A stretch of DNA of 64,000 nucleotides from an uncultured Candidatus Saccharibacteria bacterium (lineage in GTDB: Bacteria; Patescibacteriota; Minisyncoccia; Phycocordibacterales; GWA1-40-21). The position numbers were made by a program, and so were the translations under genes. The notes beneath the pieces are model-generated. The model was not told the origin of the DNA. It did not search any database and was given only the letters and a program-made list of their open reading frames with translations. Shown piece by piece: positions 1 to 9,985 of the stretch; position 1 is the first letter of the stretch; each line of letters begins with the position of its first letter. The stretch lies in contig CAZSCE010000001.1 of NCBI GenBank assembly GCA_964605355.1, positions 103-64,102 of the forward strand. Reading direction: 5' to 3'.

Positions 1-79
1 CTGGTTCTTTGTTTGATTGCTTACCAAATCTATAACACAATCCGGGGAAACACTTGGGCGCGTTAAGAAAGGAGAAAGA

Positions 80-235
80 ATGAAGAAATTTCCAAAACTA
101 GTTGAGGGTATTAAAACCCTCGGTGACATACTGATTGCCCCCATAATACTTGTGGGTGCATGTCTCACCTTTATCCCCGCCTTCATCTCGTTTGAGAGAA
201 CAGAGCTGAAAATGGGAATAACTGAAGAGCAGTAG
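80..235 (+). CDS. small hypothetical membrane peptide
   Basis: AAGAAAGGAG SD-like motif before ATG at 80; hydrophobic core; followed by GC-rich hairpin. Confidence 0.45.
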   Translation: MKKFPKLVEGIKTLGDILIAPIILVGACLTFIPAFISFERTELKMGITEEQ

Positions 236-245
236 AGTCACAACC

Positions 246-275
246 CCGGGCCCCGAACCACACGTTCGGGGCCCT
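246..275. terminator. hairpin between convergent genes, probable intrinsic terminator
   Basis: GGGCCCCGAAC-cacac-GTTCGGGGCCC inverted repeat. Confidence 0.6.
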
Positions 276-281
276 AAATAT

Positions 282-2885
282 TTATCTCTTCCGTAGATGC
301 TTCTTTAAATAATGCCCGGTGTATGATTTGGCATTATTGGCAATATCCTCCGGCGTACCTTTAGCCACCACCTCTCCGCCTTTATCCCCTCCTTCTGGAC
401 CAATATCAATCACATAGTCCGCAGATTTTATTATATCCATATTATGCTCAATAATCATGACCGAGTTTCCATGATCCACTAATCTATTAATTATTTCTAT
501 TAACTTTTTTACATCTTCATAATGCAAACCAATGGTGGGCTCATCTAAAAGATAAACAGTTTTTTGTAAATGCGGTTTATAAAGCTCGGAAGCAATTTTT
601 ACACGCTGAGCTTCTCCACCGGAAAGTGTAGTGGCGCTCTGACCTAATTTTAAATAACCAAGGCCCACATCTTGTAGTGTTTTTAATCTGTCATAAATAG
701 CTGGCAAATCTTCAAAGAAAGGAATGGCTTCCTCCACCGTCATTTCTAAAATCTCATGGATATTTTTCTTCTTATATTTTATTTCCAAAGTCTCCTTGGT
801 AAATCTTTTACCATTACATACATCACAGGGCACATATACAGTAGGCAAGAAATGCATTTCCACTTCTATCACCCCATTACCTTCACAAGCTTCACACCGC
901 CCTCCAGCCACATTAAATGAGAAGCGGTTAGCCTTCCAGCCACGCGCTTTGGCCTCAATACTCATAGCAAACATATCCCTAATATGTGACCAGGCGCCGG
1001 TATAGGTGGCGGGGTTTGACCGTGGTGTGCGCCCAATTGGTGACTGATCTATCAGAATAACCCGGCTAACATATTCTGTACCCGTAAAACTTTTACAATT
1101 ATAAACTTCATTTGTGCGGTGACGCTTGGTAAATCTGGCATTTAAATTTTTATCAATAATTTCATAGACAAAGGAAGATTTTCCCGATCCAGATACTCCG
1201 GTAACACAGACCAACTTGCCAAGTGGCACATCAATATTTAGATTTTTTATATTAAATACATTTCCCCCGCGGATTTTTAAGGAGCCTTTATCCGTCTGCC
1301 TTCTTTTTTCTGGGACCGGAATTACTTTATCTCCGCGTAAATAATCCAAGGTAACAGATTCTGAGGGATTAGTTTTATCTGTTAATAATTTATCCAGATA
1401 ACCAGATACCACAATTTCTCCGCCATGCACACCAGCGCCGGGGCCAATATCCACAATATAATCAGAAGAATAGATAGTGTCTTCATCATGCTCTACCACA
1501 ATTATGGTATTACCCAAATCACGCAGTTCCGTCAGGGTTTTAATCAAACGGTCATTATCACGGGAATGTAAACCAATAGTTGGCTCATCCAGAACATACA
1601 GCGCGCCTACCAAGCCAGAGCCCAGCTGTGACGCCAGCCTAATTCTCTGCGCCTCACCTCCAGATAGGGTGTGTGCCCGCCTGTTTAACGAAAGATATTC
1701 AATACCCACATCCATCATAAACTTTAACCGATCATCAATCTCTTTGATAACTACTGTACATATTTCTTTTTCTACCTCAGTTAATTTTATATTATCAAAA
1801 AAAGTTTTAGCATCCGTAATAGATAGTGCGGTGAGAGCCACAATACTCTTACCATTGAGGAGTACATGAAGAGCCTCTTCTCGTAAACGAGCACCATTAC
1901 AAATATCACAATCCTCTTCACCAAAAAATTGCTTTGTCCCTAAACCATTACATTCCGGACAGGCACCATAAGGTGAATTAAAGGAAAATAACCTGGGCTC
2001 AATTTCCGGATAAGAATAACCATCATAAGGGCACATAAATTTTACTGACATCATTTTTTCCTCTCCATCTGTTTCAATTTTTAACAAGCCCTTACTCTCA
2101 TCAATAGCTTTTTCAATAGCTTCACTCAGGCGCTCGCGGGCCGGACCCTTTTTATCCTTATGCTTAAATTCACTAACATAAAACTCATCCACCAGAACAT
2201 CAATATTATGTTTCTTCGTTTTAGATAAAATAATCTGATCACGAAGCTTTTTCATCACGCCATCTATTTTGACCCACTCAAAACCCTTACCCAATAAATC
2301 ATAAAGTAATTGATAATATTCCCCTTTTCTACCCACTACTACCGGAGAAAATATTTTTACTTTTACATCATCATAAGGTACACCCAAAACTACTTTTTCT
2401 TTTTTGGAAACATCTGTAGTAGTCACTGATTTTATAATTGTTTCTAAAATTTCCTCATTGGAAAGTTTCTTAATTTCCCTATTACAAACCAAACAGTGTG
2501 GACGGCCAATACGGGCATAAATTATACGCAAATAATCATAAATCTCCGTAATGGTAGCCACCGTGGAGCGGGGGTTATTTGAGCGGGACTTCTGATCAAT
2601 AGAAATAGCGGGAGAAAGCCCAATTATTTCATCCACATCCGGTTTCTGCATCTGACGTAAAAATTGACGGGCGTAGGAGGAAAGTGACTCTATATAGCGC
2701 CTCTGACCTTCCGCAAAAATAGTATCAAACGCCAAAGAGCTCTTACCGGAGCCGGATAGGCCAGTAAAAGCAATCATTTTATTTCTGGGCATCTCCACGG
2801 ACACATTTTTCAAATTGTGCGTGCGGGCGCCTCTTATAATGATTTTCTCATCCCCCGTATGAAATTTTTCTTTTTGATTCTTCAT
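282..2885 (-). CDS. uvrA: excinuclease ABC subunit A
   Basis: GARTHNLKN, two Walker A motifs (GLSGSGKSS, GVSGSGKSS), two LSGGEAQR signatures, zinc fingers. Confidence 0.98.
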   Translation of the reverse strand: MKNQKEKFHTGDEKIIIRGARTHNLKNVSVEMPRNKMIAFTGLSGSGKSSLAFDTIFAEGQRRYIESLSSYARQFLRQMQKPDVDEIIGLSPAISIDQKSRSNNPRSTVATITEIYDYLRIIYARIGRPHCLVCNREIKKLSNEEILETIIKSVTTTDVSKKEKVVLGVPYDDVKVKIFSPVVVGRKGEYYQLLYDLLGKGFEWVKIDGVMKKLRDQIILSKTKKHNIDVLVDEFYVSEFKHKDKKGPARERLSEAIEKAIDESKGLLKIETDGEEKMMSVKFMCPYDGYSYPEIEPRLFSFNSPYGACPECNGLGTKQFFGEEDCDICNGARLREEALHVLLNGKSIVALTALSITDAKTFFDNIKLTEVEKEICTVVIKEIDDRLKFMMDVGIEYLSLNRRAHTLSGGEAQRIRLASQLGSGLVGALYVLDEPTIGLHSRDNDRLIKTLTELRDLGNTIIVVEHDEDTIYSSDYIVDIGPGAGVHGGEIVVSGYLDKLLTDKTNPSESVTLDYLRGDKVIPVPEKRRQTDKGSLKIRGGNVFNIKNLNIDVPLGKLVCVTGVSGSGKSSFVYEIIDKNLNARFTKRHRTNEVYNCKSFTGTEYVSRVILIDQSPIGRTPRSNPATYTGAWSHIRDMFAMSIEAKARGWKANRFSFNVAGGRCEACEGNGVIEVEMHFLPTVYVPCDVCNGKRFTKETLEIKYKKKNIHEILEMTVEEAIPFFEDLPAIYDRLKTLQDVGLGYLKLGQSATTLSGGEAQRVKIASELYKPHLQKTVYLLDEPTIGLHYEDVKKLIEIINRLVDHGNSVMIIEHNMDIIKSADYVIDIGPEGGDKGGEVVAKGTPEDIANNAKSYTGHYLKKHLRKR

Positions 2886-2973
2886 TACGCTAAATGTCCC
2901 TGGGCTTAACGCCAGGGTTTATACATGAATGTATGTTTATATGATAACACAGCTTTCAAAAAACGCAAATATA

Positions 2974-3240
2974 TTATTTAGAATAGAATTTTAGTCTTTT
3001 TTTAATATAGATTGAGGAAATAAGAAGAATGAGAAAAAATACAGTAAATTTATAATCCCACCAGTGAAAATTAGCAGATAGGCGGCCGTATAATATATCC
3101 ATTATTAAGCCAAATAAAATCAGCTCATTAAAATTTTTGAAATAATAAAGAATAGCTATAGAGAATAAAGCGGTAAACCACCAAGGGCAGGTCAAGGCTG
3201 ATATAAAAAGTAAAACATCAAATATAATTCTTTTTAGCAT
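2974..3240 (-). CDS. small membrane protein, MreD-like by position
   Basis: hydrophobic 88 aa ORF directly downstream of mreC. Confidence 0.55.
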   Translation of the reverse strand: MLKRIIFDVLLFISALTCPWWFTALFSIAILYYFKNFNELILFGLIMDILYGRLSANFHWWDYKFTVFFLILLISSIYIKKRLKFYSK

Positions 3241-3241
3241 T

Positions 3242-4051
3242 TTATTTATCTAAAATTATTTCCACAAAACTTAACTCAGAAATATTAACCGGGCTTTTAA
3301 AAAGAACAGTTTGGGTTGAATCTTTATCTTTAAAATTAATTTTCTCCACAATTCCAAAAACATTGGCGGTAATAGATGGAATCACAATCACATCCCCTTC
3401 CTTTACCTCTACCTCCTTGGGAATAGAAATATTAAAATTACCGCCCCCAATTCCCACGGCCTCAACACTAACAGAGCTATTACCTAATACCACGGATAAC
3501 TTTTGCCCGGGGGTAGAATAAAGGGTAATTTTTGACATATTTGGGTATACCTCAGTCACCTCACCAATATACACATTGGCGTTAGCCACTACCCTATCAC
3601 CCACTTTTATACCCTGATCTGAGCCAATATCCACCGTGAGCATATCATAAGGGGTTTGAGGTGGTTTGACCAAAACGGCGGCTAAAACAGTTTTTTTATT
3701 AATATCTTTACGACCGAGTAAATCTTTTAAATTTTCATTTTCTGCTTGTAGTGTTTCATTTATTGCTATCAAATTTCCGGCCATAAACAGCTTTTGCTCC
3801 ATCACCAGTTTTTCATTTATTAAAGTTTGCTTAAATTTAAAATATTGAAAAAAGTTGGAATTAGTAATTGAATTCTTGATTTGCCAAATTGGAGTAGCTA
3901 TATAAAAGAGTCCTTTGCGCACTGGGCTGGAGGCGATAATCAAAATTAATATTATTAAAATAATAATAACATTTATCACCCTTTTTCTAGCATTCCTCTT
4001 TCGATCTTCAAAATTACTGCTTTTTAGGAGGTAATTCATCTTCGTTTTCAA
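3242..4051 (-). CDS. mreC: rod shape-determining protein MreC
   Basis: N-terminal TM helix, coiled coil (LQAENENLKDLL), DIGSDQGIKVGD motif, follows mreB. Confidence 0.9.
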   Translation of the reverse strand: MKTKMNYLLKSSNFEDRKRNARKRVINVIIILIILILIIASSPVRKGLFYIATPIWQIKNSITNSNFFQYFKFKQTLINEKLVMEQKLFMAGNLIAINETLQAENENLKDLLGRKDINKKTVLAAVLVKPPQTPYDMLTVDIGSDQGIKVGDRVVANANVYIGEVTEVYPNMSKITLYSTPGQKLSVVLGNSSVSVEAVGIGGGNFNISIPKEVEVKEGDVIVIPSITANVFGIVEKINFKDKDSTQTVLFKSPVNISELSFVEIILDK

Positions 4052-5084
4052 TTAAAACTTCAATATAATCATTTAAATTTTCCAAAATAATACCGGTACC
4101 TCTGGCAATTGCTGTTAATGGATCACTGGCAATATATACCGGGATTTTTAATTCTTCATTCAAAAGTACATCTAAACCACGAATCAAGGCTCCACCACCC
4201 ACTAAATATATACCTCTCTGCATAATATCAGAAACAATTTCCGGCGGGGTGGTCTCCAAAACTTCTTTTACTGTTTCTACTAGGGTGGCAATACTTTGAG
4301 CCATAGCTTCACGCACATCACCATCAGTAATAATTACCTCTCTTGGTAAACCAGTGACCAAATCACGGCCTTTGACGGAAACTTCCATACTTTGCTCCAG
4401 CATGACAGAACCAACATTTATTTTAATCTCTTCAGCGGTTTTTTCACCAATTAATATTTTAAATTCGCTTCTAATGTAAGTAATAATATCTGTGTTTAAT
4501 CTATCACCAGCAATACGCAGATTTTTTGACTTTACAATTCCACCAAGGGAAATGACGGCGATATCAGAGGTGCCACCGCCAATATCAATCACCATACTGC
4601 CCACCGGACTTTTTATAGGTAAGCGAATACCAATAGCGCCGGCCATTGGTTCCTCCACAATATATACCTCACGGGCACCAGCATTCCTGGTGGCATCACG
4701 CACCGCCCTTATCTCCACGTTTGTTACGCCCGAGGGAACGCCCACCACTACACGCGGGCCTAATGGTTTTGGTGACAGTTCCTCAGCTTTTTTAACCAAA
4801 TAAGCAATCATTTCCTCCGTCACTTCAAAATCAGAAATCACACCATCCACGAGCGGGCGAACAGCTACAATGTGCGGCGGAGTTCTACCCAGCATGGCTT
4901 TGGCTTGTGACCCAACGGCCACCACGCGCCCAGTCTTCTGATTCAAGGCCACCACAGATGGCTCATTTACCACAATACCTTTTCCAGCTAAATATACTAT
5001 AGTATTAGCTGTTCCCAGATCAATTCCGATATCGTTGGAAAAGCGTCTGTATATTTTTGCTTTTAATTTTTCAAAAAATTCCAT
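4014..5084 (-). CDS. mreB: actin-like rod shape protein MreB
   Basis: IGIDLGTANT, EPSVVA, DIGGGTSD motifs. Confidence 0.97.
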   Translation of the reverse strand: MEFFEKLKAKIYRRFSNDIGIDLGTANTIVYLAGKGIVVNEPSVVALNQKTGRVVAVGSQAKAMLGRTPPHIVAVRPLVDGVISDFEVTEEMIAYLVKKAEELSPKPLGPRVVVGVPSGVTNVEIRAVRDATRNAGAREVYIVEEPMAGAIGIRLPIKSPVGSMVIDIGGGTSDIAVISLGGIVKSKNLRIAGDRLNTDIITYIRSEFKILIGEKTAEEIKINVGSVMLEQSMEVSVKGRDLVTGLPREVIITDGDVREAMAQSIATLVETVKEVLETTPPEIVSDIMQRGIYLVGGGALIRGLDVLLNEELKIPVYIASDPLTAIARGTGIILENLNDYIEVLIENEDELPPKKQ

Positions 5085-6310
5085 AAATCCGTTTCATTAA
5101 GCATACTGACCTTACCGGTAGCTCTATCTTTCACTTCAAACTCGCCTTTCTCAATTGTTTTCTCGCTGATAATTATTCTAAGAGGGATACCCAGTAAATC
5201 AGCGTCCGCAAACTTTTCTCCGGCCCTAGCCTCCCTATCATCACACAATACCTCTATTCCCTTTTTTTGCAACTTTTTATAAATATCCTCTGTTGCTTCC
5301 TTGGCTTTATCACTATTACCAATATTTAATAAGTGAACAGCAAAAGGCGCAATAGACTTTGGCCAGACAATCCCCACTTCATCAGAAAGTAACTCAACAA
5401 CTGTACCCATTACTCGGCCAGGGCCAATACCATAGCAACCCATCACTACAGATTTCTTTTCACCTTTTTCATTAGGGTAAGTTAAATCTAAAGCATCAGA
5501 AAATTTTGTTCCCAGACTAAATATATTTCCAACCTCTATAGACTTTGCTTCACGCAATTTTTCATTTGCACATTCCGGGCACTTATTTTGTTCCTTGATT
5601 AACTCCTTATTTACGGCCACCAAACATTTATCACAAATATAGATTGTATCCTCACCAGCATCAGATAAGGTCTGAAACTCATGTGAATATTTACTAAAAC
5701 TACCGCCGGAAGCAAAAGTAATATAAGTGCGGTCACCTAGGCCAACACGCTCAAAAACTTTTTTATAAGCTACCTTAGACTTTTCATAAAATTTATCATG
5801 CTCCGCAATATCTTTAGAAAAAGAATATAAATCTTTCATCAGGAATTCTCGGCCACGCATAATACCACTTTTGGCCCTGGTCTCATTTCTAAACTTGGTT
5901 TGGATTTGATATGGATAAACGGGGAGATCTTTATAAGAACGGATATGATTTTTCATCAAAACCGTCAAAGGCTCCTCATGTGTGGCACCCAAACCTAACT
6001 CTGTATCATTTTTTAATTTAGTTTTAAACCAAACATCCATCACTTCATCACTCCAACGGTTAGACTTCTCCCAAGGAGTTTTATCCTGAAGCGCAGTTAG
6101 CTGAAGTTCCTGACCGCCAATAGCATCCATCTCCTCCCTGATGATTTTACAGATATTATTAAGCACTCGGAGACCTAATGGTAAATAGTCATAAACCCCG
6201 GCCATTTCCTTGTTAATAAAACCGCCTTTTATGAGTAATTGAGCGTTTTTGCTCACCTCATCCTTAGGCGCCTCCTTACGAGTCTTTGTTAAAAGTTTTG
6301 ATTGATACAT
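5063..6310 (-). CDS. proS: prolyl-tRNA synthetase, short form without editing insertion
   Basis: THEEP, QIQTKFRNE, REFLMKDLYSF, MGCYGIG; start moved to ATG 6310, 6 nt after a TATTAT -10-like box. Confidence 0.95.
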   Translation of the reverse strand: MYQSKLLTKTRKEAPKDEVSKNAQLLIKGGFINKEMAGVYDYLPLGLRVLNNICKIIREEMDAIGGQELQLTALQDKTPWEKSNRWSDEVMDVWFKTKLKNDTELGLGATHEEPLTVLMKNHIRSYKDLPVYPYQIQTKFRNETRAKSGIMRGREFLMKDLYSFSKDIAEHDKFYEKSKVAYKKVFERVGLGDRTYITFASGGSFSKYSHEFQTLSDAGEDTIYICDKCLVAVNKELIKEQNKCPECANEKLREAKSIEVGNIFSLGTKFSDALDLTYPNEKGEKKSVVMGCYGIGPGRVMGTVVELLSDEVGIVWPKSIAPFAVHLLNIGNSDKAKEATEDIYKKLQKKGIEVLCDDREARAGEKFADADLLGIPLRIIISEKTIEKGEFEVKDRATGKVSMLNETDLWNFLKN

Positions 6311-6346
6311 ACGCGTATAATAGCGTATTTTAGGAAAATCCACAAA

Positions 6347-7441
6347 TTAGAAAAACTTCAAAATATCACGATAGGTGATGATAACCATTAGTGAAATAAG
6401 TATAAAGAAACCAATAGCATTTGCCATATTAGCAACTTTGGGTTTGATTGGCTTTCTGATAATAGCTTCAATAATAATAAAGAACACTCGGCCACCATCT
6501 AGGGCGGGAAAAGGAATCAAATTTATCACCGCTAGGTTAAGAGAGATAAAAGCCACGAAACCAAGGAAGTAAGCAAAACCAAATGTGGCCGCATCACCCA
6601 CCATGCCCACAATTCCCACCGGACCGGAGACCTGAGAATAATCAGCGTGGCCCCGAATAGCCTGAGAAATAAAAGTTCCTAGACCTACAGCCACCTGCTT
6701 GAAGGTTACTACTGTTAATTTTCCACCTTCCCATAAGGCCAAGGCTGGATTTAATTTAACTACACCTACATTTTCCATATAAATACCAATCACTTTTCTA
6801 TTTTCCGTTAAGTTTAATTCTGGAATTGCTACTGTATTTTTTGTCTCGCCATTTCTCTCAAAAATAATATCAACTTTGTTATCCGCGCTAGCATTAACTA
6901 ACTCCCTAACTTTAGTAGTATTTAAATCCTGACCGGTAACCAAATCAACTGATATAAGTTTATCTCCCTGCTTTAAGCCGGCCTTATCCGCCCCTGAGCC
7001 TGGTAAAATGCCGGTAATTACTACCTGGCTATTTTTTATATATTTAGAATAATCTGACGCTCCCTCACCCACCGGCACCAAAGAGCCAAACATAAAAGAA
7101 ATAGAAATTAAAATCCAAGCAAAAATAATATTCATGGCCACGCCAGCAATCAAAACACAAACCTGTTTCCATTTCTTGGCATTAGTAAAACTACGGGCAC
7201 TATCAGCACCAGTCATACTTTCCTCATCGGGGTTCTCACCATGAATTTTTACATAACCACCAAAAGGAATTAAATTTAAAATATATTTTGTTTCCCCGCG
7301 CACCCAACTCAATATTTTAGGTGGAAAGCCAATAGCAAATTCATCTACCCGGATACCGCTCTTTTTGGCCACCACAAAATGCCCCAGTTCATGGACAAAA
7401 ATCAACACTGCTAAAACTACTAAAAATAATATTATGGTCAT
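6347..7441 (-). CDS. rseP: RseP/M50 membrane zinc metalloprotease with PDZ domain
   Basis: HELGH, FAIGF, NLIPFPALDGGR motifs. Confidence 0.93.
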   Translation of the reverse strand: MTIILFLVVLAVLIFVHELGHFVVAKKSGIRVDEFAIGFPPKILSWVRGETKYILNLIPFGGYVKIHGENPDEESMTGADSARSFTNAKKWKQVCVLIAGVAMNIIFAWILISISFMFGSLVPVGEGASDYSKYIKNSQVVITGILPGSGADKAGLKQGDKLISVDLVTGQDLNTTKVRELVNASADNKVDIIFERNGETKNTVAIPELNLTENRKVIGIYMENVGVVKLNPALALWEGGKLTVVTFKQVAVGLGTFISQAIRGHADYSQVSGPVGIVGMVGDAATFGFAYFLGFVAFISLNLAVINLIPFPALDGGRVFFIIIEAIIRKPIKPKVANMANAIGFFILISLMVIITYRDILKFF

Positions 7442-7992
7442 TAGGCGGTTATTTCTTTTTGCTTTTTAACAAAGATTTCTTCTAGTGCTTTGTTGCCGGC
7501 ATCTACTAATTTTTGCATTTCTGTTTTGAAACGGAATTTATCATCTTCACCCATACCTCCCTCCTTTTCCTTAGTATCAATATCTTTCACCACCTCATCA
7601 CGCACACTGCGCAAGGTGATTTTAGCTTGCTCATGCTTTTCTTTGGCAATCTTGGTTAATAATTCTCGGCGCTCGCTGGTCAGATCAGGGAAAAATACGC
7701 GCACGCCTTTTTCATCTGTTTTTAGAGAAACACCTAGGTTAGCCACGGTGATGGCTTTTTCCACTGCCTTTACTTGTGAAGCATCCCACGGGGTGACCAG
7801 TAAAGATTTAGCATCAGCAATACTCACAGAACCCACCTGATTTAAAGGCATGCGCTGACCATAGCTTTCTACCTGAACAGCATCTAATAACTGTGGTGAA
7901 GCCATACCGGTCCTGATCCCGGTGTATTCCTTCTTCATCCATTCCTCAGTTTCCTTTATTTTACTATTTAGTTTTTTGAAATCGTATTGCAT
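7441..7992 (-). CDS. frr: ribosome recycling factor
   Basis: IRTGMASP, PDLTSERR, RSVRDE motifs. Confidence 0.96.
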   Translation of the reverse strand: MQYDFKKLNSKIKETEEWMKKEYTGIRTGMASPQLLDAVQVESYGQRMPLNQVGSVSIADAKSLLVTPWDASQVKAVEKAITVANLGVSLKTDEKGVRVFFPDLTSERRELLTKIAKEKHEQAKITLRSVRDEVVKDIDTKEKEGGMGEDDKFRFKTEMQKLVDAGNKALEEIFVKKQKEITA

Positions 7993-8007
7993 AGTTTTGT
8001 TTGATTA

Positions 8008-8101
8008 AGGAAGCAAGAATTGTTTGAATTTTTTATAGCGTCGGAGCCCACCCGTACTCGGGAAGGGTGAAGCTTAAAAAATTTAAATAATTTTGATTCC
8101 T
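8008..8101. repeat. structured repeat family A, copy 1
   Basis: core CCCACCCGTACTCGGGAAGGGTGAAGC (8047-8073) inside ~28-nt imperfect inverted arms; same core at 47457 and 60758. Confidence 0.85.
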
Positions 8102-8118
8102 GATTACTAATAAATTAA

Positions 8119-8823
8119 TTATAGCACAAGTGCCAGATGTTCCAAAATGACTTTGATGGAGGGTGACTCATCATTGGCATAACTGATGGCTTTCTCAATA
8201 TCTTCAATAGCCAGGAGGCTGCCACTGCGCGCATTATGTGCGTTCTTTACCTTTAGCGTTGATTTAATAACCTTCTCAATATTTTTCAAAAAATTAATAG
8301 CATCACTTTTATTCAGCTTTTCATCTTTTATATCTTTTACAATTTTAGCCACCTGAGTTAAACGCTTCCCCACCTTAGCATTTAGGAATTCTTCAGCTTG
8401 GGCCAGTGGCGTGGCAAACTTACCCTCACCCTTACTAATTATTAATCTGGACTTCAAAGTAGGAAGTAAATCAGAAAATGAGGGGAGAATTAAAAAGAAA
8501 ATAGTATCCGCTCGTGGTTCCTCAAAAATTTTTAATAAAGAATTCTGCGCATCTTTGGTCATAAAATTAGCAGAGATAACAAAAACCTTTCTCTCATACT
8601 TTATGGGCATATTTAAATGCGCTTCATTTATAGCCCGACTATCAATAATTTTAAAAACGTTAAAATCCCCCTGCCAAAAATCCGGATTGTTGGTAACAGG
8701 AAATTTCAAATCCTTCTTTAGGAAATCAAAAAGCTCTTCCTTAACTTTATCCTTGGCCCCTAAAACGCCGTAGGCATGGTGAAGTTGCCCTCGCTTCTTG
8801 TAGTTCTCCCTGATCTGCTTCAT
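8119..8823 (-). CDS. holB: DNA polymerase III delta-prime-like clamp loader subunit
   Basis: HHAY, NPDF, AQNSLLKIFEEP, LPTLKSR motifs; divergent. Confidence 0.75.
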   Translation of the reverse strand: MKQIRENYKKRGQLHHAYGVLGAKDKVKEELFDFLKKDLKFPVTNNPDFWQGDFNVFKIIDSRAINEAHLNMPIKYERKVFVISANFMTKDAQNSLLKIFEEPRADTIFFLILPSFSDLLPTLKSRLIISKGEGKFATPLAQAEEFLNAKVGKRLTQVAKIVKDIKDEKLNKSDAINFLKNIEKVIKSTLKVKNAHNARSGSLLAIEDIEKAISYANDESPSIKVILEHLALVL

Positions 8824-8851
8824 AGGTGTAGTATAGCACACCTAGAAAACA

Positions 8852-8902
8852 ACCGCCCCATCCATCAGAATGGACACCCCTCCTTAACTAAGGTGGGGAA
8901 AA
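8852..8902. repeat. short palindromic REP-like element
   Basis: TCCA-tcagaa-TGGA then CCCC-t-CCTTA-ac-TAAGG-t-GGGG hairpins in intergenic space. Confidence 0.4.
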
Positions 8903-8912
8903 TTGGGAAAAA

Positions 8913-9926
8913 CTAACGTTTTGCTATGATTGATTTCTTATAGACGTCTAAATGTTCCAAAGCAATACCAGTGCCTTTGGCCACACAGTACATAGGATCT
9001 TTAGCAACGGCGGCTTTTACACCAGTTCGGCGGAAAACAAGTTCAGCTAAATTTCTTAATTGAGAAGAACCGCCTGTCATAATTATTCCTTGATCAATAA
9101 TATCAGCGGCCAATTCTGGTGGCGTTTCCTGCAACACATCTTTTATTGCTTTAATCATATCTCGTAATTCCTTGGAGATAGCTTTTACAATTTCATTAGT
9201 TTTTATTTCTGCAGTTCTTGGCAATCCGGACAAAAAGTCTCGGCCTTTTATGGTCATAGTTAATTCCTCTTCCATAGGCACAGCTGAACCAACAACAATT
9301 TTTATTTCCTCCGCGGTTTTATCTCCAATAGCCAAGTTAAAAGTTTTCTTTATATAATCAGCAATAGCATAATCAATTTTATTCCCCGCACACTTTACAG
9401 AAGTTGAAGCCACAATTCCCCCCAAGGAAATCACCGCCACATCCGTGGTCCCTCCACCAATATCCACCACCATATGACCCATGGGCTCCTGAATTGGAAT
9501 ACCGGCACCAATAGCGGCTAAAATAGGTTCTTTCACCACATATGCATTTTTAGCGCCGGCTTTCATGGCGGCTTCTATCACCGCGCGTCTCTCTGTGGAG
9601 GTAACACCGGCCGGTACGGACACCATCACTTCTGGTTTAAATAAATTCCATTTACCAAGTGCCTTATCAATAAAATAACGCAACATGGCCTCAGTCACAC
9701 GGTAATCAGCAATCACACCGTCCTTCATAGGCCGATAAGCAATAATACTGTCCGGAGTTTTACCAAGCATTTTCTTGGCCTCTACCCCCACCGCCAAAAT
9801 TTTATTATCCTGTTCAGATACGGCCACCACAGAAGGTTCAAACAAAACCACCCCTTTACCAGGTAAAAAAACCAGAGTATTAGCCGTTCCTAGGTCAATT
9901 CCAATTTTTTTGGTGAAAAATGACAT
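8913..9926 (-). CDS. mreB: second MreB/Mbl paralog
   Basis: IGIDLGTANT, EPSVVA, DIGGGTTD, MTGGSSQL. Confidence 0.95.
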   Translation of the reverse strand: MSFFTKKIGIDLGTANTLVFLPGKGVVLFEPSVVAVSEQDNKILAVGVEAKKMLGKTPDSIIAYRPMKDGVIADYRVTEAMLRYFIDKALGKWNLFKPEVMVSVPAGVTSTERRAVIEAAMKAGAKNAYVVKEPILAAIGAGIPIQEPMGHMVVDIGGGTTDVAVISLGGIVASTSVKCAGNKIDYAIADYIKKTFNLAIGDKTAEEIKIVVGSAVPMEEELTMTIKGRDFLSGLPRTAEIKTNEIVKAISKELRDMIKAIKDVLQETPPELAADIIDQGIIMTGGSSQLRNLAELVFRRTGVKAAVAKDPMYCVAKGTGIALEHLDVYKKSIIAKR

Positions 9927-9985
9927 ATATTAGCTTTAATATAGCACTTCTTATTTTTTTTACAATCTTATGCTATACTCGCCAT

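Noticed and set aside
252-268. GAAC-cacac-GTTC near uvrA as an SOS box
   Set aside because: Spacer is 5 nt rather than 4, it lies at the 3' end of uvrA, and it is part of a terminator hairpin
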